Shown here piece by piece: positions 1 through 9,457 of a DNA stretch of 51,306 bases. The stretch comes from Verrucomicrobiota bacterium (GTDB lineage Bacteria > Verrucomicrobiota > Verrucomicrobiia > Limisphaerales > UBA11358), in contig JBEKSU010000001.1 of NCBI GenBank assembly GCA_049516755.1, forward strand, positions 1-51,306. Reading direction: 5' to 3'. Position numbers and translations under genes: made by a program. Positions within the stretch are counted from its first letter, which is position 1; each line of letters opens with the position of its first letter. The notes under the pieces were generated by a model, which had not been told where the DNA came from, made no database searches, and was given only the letters and a program-made list of their open reading frames with translations.

Positions 1-312
1 GCCATTATCGGCCTGTTGGCGGCGATTGCCATTCCCAACTTCGTGAAGGCCCGTGCCACCTCACAGCAAAATGCGTGCATCAACAACCTGCGGCAGATTG
101 ACGCCGCCGCGAATGAATTCGCGCTGGAAAAAGGCAAAAAGACCGGCGACGCCGTCACTTGGCCGGACGACCTGACGCCCTATATCAAGTTGAACTCCGC
201 CGCCAGCATTCCCGCATGTCCGGCGAGCGGCACATACGCTCTCGCTAACATTGGCAATACGCCAACTTGTTCGCTGAGTTCCCTGGCAGGCTCGCCCCAC
301 ATTCTGCCGTGA
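1..312 (+). CDS. prepilin-type (T2SS/type IV pilin-like) pseudopilin, 5' end cut by window edge
   Basis: Frame 1 is open from base 1. AIIGLLAAIAIPNF is the hydrophobic prepilin N-terminal helix. It is followed by ACINNLRQI, PDDLTPYIKLN and a C-terminal CP...C pair. About 60% identical to the product of 563..943. Confidence 0.75.
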   Translation, partial: AIIGLLAAIAIPNFVKARATSQQNACINNLRQIDAAANEFALEKGKKTGDAVTWPDDLTPYIKLNSAASIPACPASGTYALANIGNTPTCSLSSLAGSPHILP

Positions 313-349
313 TTAATAGTTGATTAATAGTGAATTTGATTCAAAAAGT

Positions 350-382
350 CCGGAGCGTAAAGCTTCGGGCTTTTTTGTTTTT
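350..382 (+). terminator. rho-independent terminator after first pseudopilin gene
   Basis: CCGGAGC-GTAAA-GCTTCGG stem (7 bp, one G-U) followed by GCTTTTTTGTTTTT. It is preceded by a duplicated TGATTAATAG(T) giving stops in several frames. Confidence 0.6.
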
Positions 383-433
383 GAACCCTAGCAGGCCGAT
401 TTTCAAAAACCCCCTGTTTTTGACTTGGATTTT

Positions 434-449
434 TGGCATTGGTAGTGCT
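434..449 (+). promoter_or_regulatory. candidate sigma54 (-24/-12) promoter for second pseudopilin gene
   Basis: TGGCATTGGTAGTGCT places GG and GC exactly 10 nt apart, as in the consensus TGGCACG-N4-TTGCW. It lies about 110 nt upstream of the ATG at 563. Confidence 0.35.
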
Positions 450-562
450 AATATGATATTAAATTGCGGTCGCAATGGGCAATTAGTGAACGTAACCGTA
501 ATCATTATATTATAACTCGCCCGTTGTGTGGTTCACGCCGCATGAACGAAAGAACAAACAGT

Positions 563-943
563 ATGAAAACCACCAAAGCTTCGCTCTGGTCGGGCTTCAC
601 GCTGGTGGAAATCATGATTGTCGTGGCCATTATTGGCATCTTGGCGGCAATTGGCATCCCCAGCTTTTTGCATGCCCGCGCCAGGTCGCAAGCCACCGCT
701 TGTATCAACAATCTGCGGCAGATTGAAACCGCAGTCCAACAGGTCGCGATCGAACAGGGGAAGCACGTTGGGGACACAGTTGCCTTCCCTGATGATATCA
801 CGCCCTACATCAAATTGAATGCCGAAGGGTCCATTCCCCCCTGTCCTGCCGGTGGCACTTACAGTCTGGCCGAAGTTGGCAATATTCCGCAGGCAACTTG
901 CTCGCTAGGCACGACGGTTGACCCGCCGCATGTCCTGCAGTAA
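563..943 (+). CDS. prepilin-type N-terminal cleavage/methylation domain pseudopilin
   Basis: MKTTKASLWSGFTLVEIMIVVAIIGILAAI carries a G/FTLVE prepilin peptidase site. ACINNLRQI and a C-terminal Cys pair are also present. An alternative start exists at 542. Confidence 0.8.
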   Translation: MKTTKASLWSGFTLVEIMIVVAIIGILAAIGIPSFLHARARSQATACINNLRQIETAVQQVAIEQGKHVGDTVAFPDDITPYIKLNAEGSIPPCPAGGTYSLAEVGNIPQATCSLGTTVDPPHVLQ

Positions 944-963
944 CGACTGCCTGACCCGCTCTG

Positions 964-994
964 GGCACAGGGGATACCCTGTGCCTTTGTTTTT
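964..994 (+). terminator. rho-independent terminator
   Basis: GGCACAGGG-GATA-CCCTGTGCC is a perfect 9-bp stem, followed by TTTGTTTTT. Confidence 0.65.
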
Positions 995-1073
995 AATGCT
1001 TCAGTGGCGGTTGACTTTAAGAATCATTTAGGTTAGGAGAGGAACCGGCATTTGCCGGGCATCCAAGTTGGGC

Positions 1074-1826
1074 ATGAGCATTATTCTAAAAACGGAAAAA
1101 TTGCGCGTTGAGTTCACCAGCAGTGAATTTCGTCAGTCGACCAAAGTTGCGTTGAGCGGTCTCGATTTGGAGGTGAATGTCGGCGAAGTCTTCGGCTTTC
1201 TCGGGCCAAACGGTGCGGGAAAAACCACGGCCATCAACGTCCTGCTCGGCTTCGTGCCGCCCACCCGGGGCGCGGCGTATCTTTTTGGCATTGACGTGCG
1301 CCAACCCATTGCGCGCCAGCGCATCGGGTATCTGCCGGAGATGACGTACTACTACAAATTTCTCACCGCGGAGGAGTTGCTCCGGTTCTACGCAAAAATT
1401 TTTGGACTCTCCCGGACAGAAACCGACCAACGGATTGACCAGTTGCTCAAACTCGTTGAATTGGAGCCGGCGCGCAAACGTCCCATCAAATCCTATTCCA
1501 AAGGAATGCAGCAGCGCATCGGTCTCGCGCAGGCACTCATCAACAATCCCGATTTATTGATTCTCGACGAACCGACCAGCGGCCTCGACCCGTTGGGCCG
1601 CATGAAGGTCCGCGAAATCATTCAACGTCTTAAAAACGAGGGTAAAACCGTGTTTTTCTCGTCTCACGAGTTGGGCGAAGTGGAGACCATTTGCGACCGC
1701 GTGGCCATCATCAATCAGGGCGAACTGAAGGCCGTCGGCACGGTTGCCGGGATCACGGGGCAACGCGCAAGTCTCGAAAAGGCGTTTTTGGACATCATCG
1801 GTTATCAACTCCAACCCGCGTCATGA
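1074..1826 (+). CDS. ABC transporter ATP-binding protein (ABC-2 exporter type)
   Basis: Walker A GPNGAGKTT, signature YSKGMQQR, Walker B LLILDEPTSGLD, H-loop SSHEL. The ORF track starts at TTG 1068; the first ATG is at 1074. Confidence 0.9.
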   Translation: MSIILKTEKLRVEFTSSEFRQSTKVALSGLDLEVNVGEVFGFLGPNGAGKTTAINVLLGFVPPTRGAAYLFGIDVRQPIARQRIGYLPEMTYYYKFLTAEELLRFYAKIFGLSRTETDQRIDQLLKLVELEPARKRPIKSYSKGMQQRIGLAQALINNPDLLILDEPTSGLDPLGRMKVREIIQRLKNEGKTVFFSSHELGEVETICDRVAIINQGELKAVGTVAGITGQRASLEKAFLDIIGYQLQPAS

Positions 1827-2599
1827 AAACGATTTTCGCACTGGCCGGCGTCACCCTCAAGGAGCTTTATCGCCGCAAGGATTTTTACGTCCTGTTCATC
1901 ATCACCATTCTGATCTGCCTGGTCATGGCCTCGGTGAACATTTTCAATGACGAAAAAATCATACGTTACCTCAAGGAAATATCCCTGCTGCTGATATGGA
2001 TTTCAGCCCTGGTCATTGCCATCACCACCACCGCGCGGCAAATCCCCGCGGAACGTGAAAACCGCACCCTGCTCCCGCTGCTGGCCAAACCGCTGACACG
2101 GACGCAACTGGTGCTCGGAAAATTTTTCGGCTGCTGGTTTGCCTGCGGCCTGACGCTGGTTTGCTTTTACATCTTCTTTGGCGCGCTGGCGGAAAGCCGG
2201 GAGCACCAGTTGCCGCTGTTGAATTATTTCCAGGCCGCCGCCTTGCACTGGTTCATGCTGGGCATCGTGGTGGCGATTTCACTGCTCGGCTCGCTCGTTT
2301 TTGCGGCGCCCTCGTCCAACTCGACGATTTGTTTTGTCTTCGTCGCGGCCATATTGACCGTGGGCCGGCACATTGGCCAGGTTGCGCTGACACTGCCGGA
2401 ACCGAGTCGCTCCATCGCTTATTCGATCTATTACGCCATTCCCCATCTGGAACTGTTTGACGTGCGCGACTTGATCATCCATGACTGGCCATTGATTGCG
2501 TGGAAGTATTTCGGCCTGGCAGTCCTTTATGCGCTGGCCTACATCTCGGCCTTTCTTGTCGCCGCCTGCCTGGTATTTCGCCGGAAAGCGGTAAATTAG
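1823..2599 (+). CDS. ABC-2 family transporter permease
   Basis: ATGA start/stop overlap with the ATPase gene. About 6 hydrophobic helices (MKTIFALAGVTLKELYRRKDFYVLFIITILICLV...). The upstream extension of ORF 1691..2599 overlaps the ATPase gene and is discounted. Confidence 0.75.
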   Translation: MKTIFALAGVTLKELYRRKDFYVLFIITILICLVMASVNIFNDEKIIRYLKEISLLLIWISALVIAITTTARQIPAERENRTLLPLLAKPLTRTQLVLGKFFGCWFACGLTLVCFYIFFGALAESREHQLPLLNYFQAAALHWFMLGIVVAISLLGSLVFAAPSSNSTICFVFVAAILTVGRHIGQVALTLPEPSRSIAYSIYYAIPHLELFDVRDLIIHDWPLIAWKYFGLAVLYALAYISAFLVAACLVFRRKAVN

Positions 2600-2602
2600 C
2601 GA

Positions 2603-3505
2603 ATGGTTTCATCGCGAACATATTTTTTGCTGCTCATCGCACTGCTGGTTTTGTGTTTTGGCCTCGCTGCCAATTTGGAACCGCAATTTCAATCCATGCG
2701 TTTGAGCCGCGCGTCCGGCGATGTTTTCAAGATTCTGCTGGGCGACAGCCGCGCCCTGTTTGCCAACCATTTCTACGTCAAAGCCGATGAGTATTATCAT
2801 AGCGGCTATTATCCGACCATCTTCGATAACCGTGACGCATTTGAAACACCGCACATGGCCGAGGACACCGGTGCGGTCAACAGCAAAAACCACGGCCCGG
2901 AGGAAGGTTTCCTCGGCCCGCCGCGCGATTGGATTGATGCCTTTGGCCGCCATTTTTTTCCCGACCGGCATACGCACCTGGACGAGGGCGGCCCCACCGA
3001 TGATTTGAGCGGCAGCGAAAACCTCCGCGAAATCCTGCCTTGGTTGAAACTTTCCGCTGATCTCGATCCTGACAACGTCCAGACCTTCACCGTCACTGCC
3101 TACTGGCTGCGGGTGCGCATGCACAAGGTCGCCGAGGCCGACGCCTTTCTGCACGAAGGCCTGCGCCACAATCCCGACAGCTACGACATCCTCTTCGAAC
3201 TGGGCCGGCTTTATGACGAAGATTACCATGACACCGACCGCGCGCGGAATGTCTGGAAACAGGCTGTCCGCAAATGGCTCGCGCTCACGCCGGAGATGCA
3301 AAAGGAAAACAAGCTCGTCTTCGAACAAATCACCACCCATCTCGGCAAACTCGAAAGCGACGCCGGCAATTATGGCCGGGCCGTCGAATGGTTTCGGGCC
3401 GCCCAAAAAATTTCGCTCACGCCCGGCGATCTGCAGAAACGGATTAATGAACTCAAAAAGAAAATGGCGGCGCAACCGTCACCCGCAAACAGCCAGCCGC
3501 ATTGA
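2603..3505 (+). CDS. membrane-anchored TPR-like repeat protein, co-oriented with the ABC-2 pair
   Basis: N-terminal anchor YFLLLIALLVLCFGLA. TPR-like helical repeats (AEADAFLHEGLRHNPDSYDILFELGRLY..., GNYGRAVEWFRAAQKI). Starts 4 nt after the permease stop. Confidence 0.6.
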   Translation: MVSSRTYFLLLIALLVLCFGLAANLEPQFQSMRLSRASGDVFKILLGDSRALFANHFYVKADEYYHSGYYPTIFDNRDAFETPHMAEDTGAVNSKNHGPEEGFLGPPRDWIDAFGRHFFPDRHTHLDEGGPTDDLSGSENLREILPWLKLSADLDPDNVQTFTVTAYWLRVRMHKVAEADAFLHEGLRHNPDSYDILFELGRLYDEDYHDTDRARNVWKQAVRKWLALTPEMQKENKLVFEQITTHLGKLESDAGNYGRAVEWFRAAQKISLTPGDLQKRINELKKKMAAQPSPANSQPH

Positions 3506-3706
3506 AATCACGTCAAATCATTGCATGAGCCGGCGCCAGGAGGCGTTTTCAATTGTTGATCTGCGATTTGCGCGGCGTTCGGGGATGGTAGAAGGACGTA
3601 AATCGCGCATCGAATGTCGTAAATTTGGTCAACATCCCGTGACTGCGGCTTCTATGGTTGAGATTGCGCTTTGTTTTTCCCGCGCCGCTCTGGTTTAATC
3701 GCCGCC

Positions 3707-4369
3707 ATGAAAGCCCGGCAGGCAAAAATCTCGCGCAACACCAAAGAAACCCGCATCGCCGCCAGCCTCAACCTTGACGGCTACGGCAAATCCTCGGTCA
3801 AAACCGGCATCCCGTTCTTCGACCACATGCTCACGCTCTTCGCGAAGCACGCGACAGTGAATTTACAGCTCAAATGCAAGGGCGACCTTGAAGTGGATGC
3901 CCATCACACGGTCGAGGATTGCGGGATCGCGCTCGGCCAGGCGTTCACGCTGGCGCTCGGTGACAAAAGGGGCATCCGCCGTTACGGCGCGGGTTTTCAC
4001 CCGAAAAACCCATTTACCGGCGAAGCCTATGTGCCCATGGACGAATGTCTGGCCCGTTGCGTCATTGATTTTGGCGGGCGGCCGCATCTGGTCTGGCGTG
4101 GACTGAACGAATTTTCCCAGAAACGCGTTGCCCGATCCGAAAAATTCCAGGACCTGTCGAGCGCGTTTCGCTTCGGCCTCGCGCGCGAATTTTTCCAGGC
4201 CTTCACCAACGAAGCCCGCTGCAACCTGCACCTGGAGTTGCTCTACGGCGATGAACCGCATCACATCGTTGAAGCCCTGTTCAAGGCCTTCGCCCGCGCG
4301 ACGGACGCGGCGTGCCGGCGTGACCCGCGCATCGCCGGCCAGTTGCCGAGCACCAAGGGGAAATTGTGA
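3707..4369 (+). CDS. hisB: imidazoleglycerol-phosphate dehydratase
   Basis: RNTKETRI, IPFFDHML, DAHHTVED, GDEPHHIVEALFKAFARA and C-terminal PSTKG are classic IGPD motifs. It has two short insertions relative to typical 195-aa enzymes. Confidence 0.9.
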   Translation: MKARQAKISRNTKETRIAASLNLDGYGKSSVKTGIPFFDHMLTLFAKHATVNLQLKCKGDLEVDAHHTVEDCGIALGQAFTLALGDKRGIRRYGAGFHPKNPFTGEAYVPMDECLARCVIDFGGRPHLVWRGLNEFSQKRVARSEKFQDLSSAFRFGLAREFFQAFTNEARCNLHLELLYGDEPHHIVEALFKAFARATDAACRRDPRIAGQLPSTKGKL

Positions 4370-4495
4370 TGCCGGCCAACGGCTTCCGCTTTCGCTGGTG
4401 ATGTGACAAAACGGTCACCAGGGCCGGTAATGCGTCGCCAATGGTTGCCCCGGGCCAAAAACCGGAACTGTACAATGGTATGGGATGAATCTGAT

Positions 4496-6178
4496 TTATC
4501 GGGTGCGGGTGATTCGAAGCGATGGCAGGGTGGGAAAAGCCGCCCTGCCCTGTGTGGCCTGCGTGTCGCCTTGAACTGGAAGTTTTAATCCATTGAGCTT
4601 CGGAAATTGGCCGGGATTTTTCACGAGCACAAGAGCGAGATTGTCCCGATAGGCCGCCTGCCAGCCGGGTTGTTTCACGAGCGCCAGCGCGCCGGGCAGG
4701 TTTGAGGGCAGCAGCGCAAAATCCGCGCGGGCAATGTCGAGCGCGGCTTGGTCCACCGGTTCGGCGTTGTAAAATTTCCAGTGGGCGGTGATGACCGCAC
4801 GCGGATAACAGGTGTCCAGCCGGCCGTCCAGGGAAACCCGGCTGTCGGGCAGCGCCCAGATGCACATTTCACCCCAATCGAAGAAGACCAACAGATGTCC
4901 ATGCAACTCATGCTCGCGAATGAATTGAACTGCGGATACGGGATACTGCTGGCGCGGCACTTCCATCGTCCAGGCCCGTTCTTTGTGCAGGGTGAAGGTC
5001 GCAGCAATGATGCCGATCGAGGCGAACATGAAAATGGCCGTGAGCATTTTCCGCACACCAGGCCGTTGGCCAAGCTCTTCCAAACGCCGGAAGTGGGCGC
5101 TAAAACGCTGCAGGACATCCGCCAGATGCGGCGGCACAAAAGCCAGCGCGGCGATGCAAAACAGCGGCGTGTGCCGCACGGATCGAAACGCCATGATACC
5201 CAGCGCCGCCAGAACGGCAATTTGCCACAAGGAACGCGGCCGCCGGGACAAAAGAAACGCCCCCACGGCGAAGCCGGCACAAAAAAAGAACGCGGCGTGG
5301 TCCCAATCCGGTTTTGCTGAATTCCACTCGGCGATTTCCGGTCGCAGCCAGAGAACACTTCCAATCAGCCAGCGAATCAATGCGATGCCCCACGGGTTCA
5401 GCAGCAGCGCTGCCGTTGAAATGGCGGCGGAAATCCAGAGGGTGACAACGACGCTTGGTGAAGATTCCGCATCCAGCCAGGAACGAATTGCCGCCGGGCC
5501 GCGTTTTTTGAGAAACAATTGTGTGGTCGTTGCAGCGGCGATTACGAAAAGCAAAATGACTCCGGCCAAAGCACCGCCGTGGGTGTTGATCCAAAGCACG
5601 AACAATGGCGGCAGCGCCAGCGCCCACCCCCGGCGTCCGCGGTGGATTTCCCGCGTGATCCAAAATTGCGCCGCCAGCGCGAGCGCGCTGAAAATTTGTG
5701 GACGCGCCGCAAAGCCGAAGGAAATTTCCACCACGGCCAGCGCGCCAAACGCCCAGGCAACCGCGCGCGTTGGCCGGCTCATCCGGCTTGCGGCGATGAA
5801 CAAGGCGATGCCAAAGGTCAGCAAGCCCGCGGCCATTTTCAGCAGGAGCAATCCCGTTCCGCCAAGCCAGCGATGCGCCCATCCCAGCGCGATTTCCGCG
5901 ACCACTTCATGATTCATCCATTCGTGCCCGTTCGCGGTCCACGAATACGGGTCGGTTTTCATCAACCCGCCGGTTTGCACGGCTTGCTGGCCAAAAAGGA
6001 CGTGCCCCCACAAATCGGGATCGGCCGTGTTTTCGGAGAATTGGAAAACCGCGAGGCATAGAACACAGAGGCAAAAAGCCCGGCGCAAAGTGGAGTCATT
6101 TTGCGCCGAAGACGCGCGAACGGAACCGGTTCCCATGCTCTGCATGGCCGGGAAAATACCCGTTGCCGCGTTAGGCAA
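4496..6178 (-). CDS. polytopic inner-membrane protein with C-terminal soluble domain (possible GT-C/ArnT-like glycosyltransferase)
   Basis: More than 10 predicted TM helices, a DPDLWGH...HEW motif near the first loop, and a soluble tail of about 150 aa. The function is a guess from architecture. The start is uncertain (several in-frame Met). Confidence 0.5.
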   Translation of the reverse strand: MPNAATGIFPAMQSMGTGSVRASSAQNDSTLRRAFCLCVLCLAVFQFSENTADPDLWGHVLFGQQAVQTGGLMKTDPYSWTANGHEWMNHEVVAEIALGWAHRWLGGTGLLLLKMAAGLLTFGIALFIAASRMSRPTRAVAWAFGALAVVEISFGFAARPQIFSALALAAQFWITREIHRGRRGWALALPPLFVLWINTHGGALAGVILLFVIAAATTTQLFLKKRGPAAIRSWLDAESSPSVVVTLWISAAISTAALLLNPWGIALIRWLIGSVLWLRPEIAEWNSAKPDWDHAAFFFCAGFAVGAFLLSRRPRSLWQIAVLAALGIMAFRSVRHTPLFCIAALAFVPPHLADVLQRFSAHFRRLEELGQRPGVRKMLTAIFMFASIGIIAATFTLHKERAWTMEVPRQQYPVSAVQFIREHELHGHLLVFFDWGEMCIWALPDSRVSLDGRLDTCYPRAVITAHWKFYNAEPVDQAALDIARADFALLPSNLPGALALVKQPGWQAAYRDNLALVLVKNPGQFPKLNGLKLPVQGDTQATQGRAAFPTLPSLRITRTR

Positions 6179-6220
6179 AAAGGATTTTGTATTGCCGATA
6201 TGGCCTGGTCGGTGCCCGAA

Positions 6221-6254
6221 ATCAAAGAAACGCCCCGCAGTTTACCGCAGGGCG
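6221..6254 (-). terminator. rho-independent terminator ending the mre-rng operon
   Basis: On the minus strand: CGCCCTGCGG-TAAA-CTGCGGGGCG (10 bp, 2 wobble pairs) followed by TTTCTTTGATTT. Confidence 0.65.
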
Positions 6255-6275
6255 TTTTGCGTTTTCAGAATCTTT

Positions 6276-8234
6276 TCAGGCGCCAACGCTGGCCAGTTCC
6301 TCGTTGTTTTCCACGTTCACGATCTTGAACTGTTCGGCGTGCATGCCGGTATCGGCGCGGAAGGACAGCTTGCCGAAATAGCGCTTTTCCATCTCGATGA
6401 GATGCTTTTCGTCCTCGGTGCGAAGCCGGTCGAGGACGGTCGGATTTACCACAATGCGCAGTTGGAAATCCGATTCATCCCGTTCGCGCTTCTTCAAAAT
6501 CTCCTGCAGCTTGCGCTGGATTTCCACGCTCATGGTCACGACGCTCTTCACCTTGCCGCGGCCCTTGCAATAGGGGCAGTCGTCATAGACCGCCGAACGC
6601 ACGCTTTCGGTGTGGCGCTGGCGCGTCATTTCCATCAAGCCGAGCTGCGAAATGGGCAGGATGTGGGTCTTGGCCTTGTCGCGGCGCAGACCTTCCTTGA
6701 CTCGCTGATACACGGACTGCTGGTCGCGGCGCGACTTCATGTCAATGAAATCAAGCACGATGAGTCCGCCCATGTTGCGCAGCCGGAGCTGGCGGCAGAT
6801 TTCCTCGGCGGCTTCGAGGTTTACCTTCAGAATGGTGGCTTCCTGGTCGCGGCTGCCCTTATGCCGGCCCGTGTTTACATCAATCGCCACCAGCGCCTCC
6901 GTTTCGTCCATCACGATATATCCGCCGCTCTTTAAATGCACCTGGCGCGAGAAGGCGTTCTCCAGCTGCTTGCTGATGTTAAACCGGTCAAAAATAGCCT
7001 GGGCATCGGTGTAAAGGATGATTTTTCTGGCCGAGCGCGACGAGATTTTTGAAATCATCTCCCGCATCCGGTCGCAGGCCTTGCTGTTGTCCACGACGAT
7101 GCGCTCGACGTCTTCGGTAAGGAAATCGCGCACGGTGCGCTCGATCAAATCCGGTTCCTGAAAAACACACGTCGCCGGCGGCTGTTTCTTCATACGCTCC
7201 TGCACGCCGTTCCATTCTTCGAGCAGCAACGCGAGGTCGCGGACGAAATACCGCTTCTGCTGGCCTTCGCCGGCGGTGCGCATAATGACGCCCATGCCAT
7301 CCGGGATTGCCAGTTCGCGCAGGATTTTTTTCAGCCGTTTGCGTTCCTCCTGGTTTTCAATTTTGCGCGAAATGCCGCTTTGATCCGCATTGGGCAGCAA
7401 CACCAGATAACGTCCCGGCAACACCAGATTGGTCGTGATGCGCGGGCCTTTCGTGCCAATCGGACCTTTCGTGACCTGCACGATGATTTCACTGCCTGGC
7501 GGGTAGAGCCGCGGGATGTCCTTTTGAGTGATCTTGGGCCGGACTGGCCGGCGGTCCCGCCCGGCGGGCCGTTCGACGATTTCCACGCCGCTGTCAAACT
7601 GGTTCGGCACGATGTCCCAGTAATGCAGGAACGCATTTTTCTCGAAGCCGATGTCCACGAACGCGGCTTTGAGGCCATCTTCGAGGTTGCGCACCTTGCC
7701 CTTGAAGATGCTGCCGACCAGTCGTTCCTCGGTGGTGCGTTCGATGTTGAATTCTTCGAGCTTGCCATCCTCCGTCACAGCGACGCGCGTTTCCAATGTC
7801 TCGGCATTGATGACGACCTCCTTGCAGACGGTCTTTTCCTTCCGGATCAACCGCTGGACTTTTTTAACGAGGGTGTTCGCGGCGGTTTTGATGGTTTCAA
7901 TCAATCCCTTCGGCGGCTCGGTGATCTTCACCGGCTCGAACTGCTTTTCCGCGGCAGGTGTGGCGGCAGCTCCGGTTGCGCCGGCTGGCTGCACCGGTTC
8001 GGGAGCCGGTGGGGGCGCCCCCTGCGGCGGCAGGCCGGCAGCGATATTCTCGGCGCGCTCGATTTCGCTTGTGTGCCGTTTTTCGAACACATGCTCCACA
8101 CCGCCCTGCTCAGTCACCACATCGGCGCGGGCCTGGACGGCTTCGCGGTCGGGTTTTTGCTGGGTCTGGCCGAAGCCGCCTTTGGGGCGGAAACGCATTC
8201 CGCGTCGCCGCCGTGAAAAATTGTTATTACTCAT
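6276..8234 (-). CDS. rng: ribonuclease E/G family endoribonuclease
   Basis: S1 domain GSIFKGKVRNLEDGLKAAFVDIG. Catalytic-core motifs VAIDVNTG and GGLIVLDFIDM. Zn-link CPYCKGRG. Start chosen at MSNNNF, 2 nt after the rodA stop. About 150 aa of low-complexity N-terminal extension. Confidence 0.9.
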   Translation of the reverse strand: MSNNNFSRRRRGMRFRPKGGFGQTQQKPDREAVQARADVVTEQGGVEHVFEKRHTSEIERAENIAAGLPPQGAPPPAPEPVQPAGATGAAATPAAEKQFEPVKITEPPKGLIETIKTAANTLVKKVQRLIRKEKTVCKEVVINAETLETRVAVTEDGKLEEFNIERTTEERLVGSIFKGKVRNLEDGLKAAFVDIGFEKNAFLHYWDIVPNQFDSGVEIVERPAGRDRRPVRPKITQKDIPRLYPPGSEIIVQVTKGPIGTKGPRITTNLVLPGRYLVLLPNADQSGISRKIENQEERKRLKKILRELAIPDGMGVIMRTAGEGQQKRYFVRDLALLLEEWNGVQERMKKQPPATCVFQEPDLIERTVRDFLTEDVERIVVDNSKACDRMREMISKISSRSARKIILYTDAQAIFDRFNISKQLENAFSRQVHLKSGGYIVMDETEALVAIDVNTGRHKGSRDQEATILKVNLEAAEEICRQLRLRNMGGLIVLDFIDMKSRRDQQSVYQRVKEGLRRDKAKTHILPISQLGLMEMTRQRHTESVRSAVYDDCPYCKGRGKVKSVVTMSVEIQRKLQEILKKRERDESDFQLRIVVNPTVLDRLRTEDEKHLIEMEKRYFGKLSFRADTGMHAEQFKIVNVENNEELASVGA

Positions 8235-8236
8235 AA

Positions 8237-9457
8237 TCAGTATCCTTTTCGATGGATGTATATGTTTTGCATCAAGCCCAGTGCGATCAACGAGCATAAC
8301 ACTGAAGACCCGCCGTAGGAAAGCAGCGGCAGTGGGACGCCCGTCACGGGCATGATGCGAATGTTCATGCCGATATTGATGAAGACGTGGCTGAAAATGA
8401 GCGTCACGACGCCCACCGCCACGAGTTTGCCCAGGCGGTCGCGCGCCTGGCCGGCGATTCTCAATCCTGTGAACAGAATCACCGCATACAGCGCGATCAC
8501 CATCACGCTGCCGACGAATCCTTCCTCCTCGGCAATCACGGAGAAAATGAAGTCGTTATGAGCCACGGCTCGCGGCAGATATCCGAGGGCATTCTGGGTG
8601 CCCTGCCGCCAGCCTTTGCCCGCCAGCCCGCCCGAGCCGACGGAAATCAACGCCTGCCGGACATTATATTCGTCGTCCAGCTGTTGTTGTCGCAGGCGTT
8701 GCAACTCCGCCGGTGTGGCGTCCGGCGGAGCAAAATGGGTGTAATCCCGTCCAAAATAAACCAGCAGCCGGTCACGCTGATATGGCTGCATCGTGATCTG
8801 CCACCGGCCGGGCGGCAGGAACAGCACATCCACCAAAAACAGCACGGCCAGCAAACCCACCGCGCCAATCAACTTGAGCAGATATCTTTTGGGCGTGCCG
8901 GCAACAAACATCATCACCAGACCCGTTGGCATCAATACGAGCGCCGACCCCAGATCTGGTTCCTTTAAAATCAACGCAAACGGCAGGAGCAACAGCCCGA
9001 TGCCCTTCCAAAAAACCGGCGGCTGCCGCAATTCATCCTCCGGCCGGCTGAGAAAATTCGCCGCCGCCAGGATGAACGCCAGCTTGGCGAATTCACTCGG
9101 TTGAAACTGGAAGAATCCCAGGTCAATCCACCGCCGCGCGCCAAAGCGCATCGAGCCGATGTGGGGAATCAACACGGCCACCAGACAGATGATCGTCGCC
9201 CAGTAGGCCACGAACGACCACCGCGCCAGCGTGTGATAATCCGGCAGGCACAGCACTGCTCCAATGCCGATGCCCAGCCCATACCAGATGAGTTGATGAA
9301 ACCAGGTCTGGCCATACCACGATTTGGTCGCCTCCATGGGGCTCACCATCGTGGCGCTATAGACAAACGCCGCGCCGATGAACATCAACCCGGCCAGCAC
9401 GACCAGTTGTAACCGGTCGATCTTTGCGTAAGGTTCGTTGATGGGGTTGTTGAGCAT
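8237..9457 (-). CDS. rodA: rod shape-determining protein RodA (SEDS family)
   Basis: FtsW/RodA/SpoVE motifs (QPSEFAKL, SDFIFSVIAEEEGFVG-like NDFIFSVIAEEEGFVG, PLPLLSYGGSS). Located directly after mrdA. Confidence 0.9.
   Translation of the reverse strand: MLNNPINEPYAKIDRLQLVVLAGLMFIGAAFVYSATMVSPMEATKSWYGQTWFHQLIWYGLGIGIGAVLCLPDYHTLARWSFVAYWATIICLVAVLIPHIGSMRFGARRWIDLGFFQFQPSEFAKLAFILAAANFLSRPEDELRQPPVFWKGIGLLLLPFALILKEPDLGSALVLMPTGLVMMFVAGTPKRYLLKLIGAVGLLAVLFLVDVLFLPPGRWQITMQPYQRDRLLVYFGRDYTHFAPPDATPAELQRLRQQQLDDEYNVRQALISVGSGGLAGKGWRQGTQNALGYLPRAVAHNDFIFSVIAEEEGFVGSVMVIALYAVILFTGLRIAGQARDRLGKLVAVGVVTLIFSHVFINIGMNIRIMPVTGVPLPLLSYGGSSVLCSLIALGLMQNIYIHRKGY

Noticed and set aside
1691-1822. N-terminal extensions of ORFs 1691..2599, 37277..38179, 464..943, 22337..22498, 30375..30512 and 42459..42560
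   Set aside because: The extensions overlap upstream genes or terminators and lack coding character. Internal Met starts give proteins that begin at the expected signal peptides or motifs.
4983-5912. 309-aa plus-strand ORF, with others inside 4496..6178
   Set aside because: The minus-strand frame gives a coherent multi-TM protein. The plus-strand frames are Arg/Ser/Ala-rich with no hydrophobic pattern.
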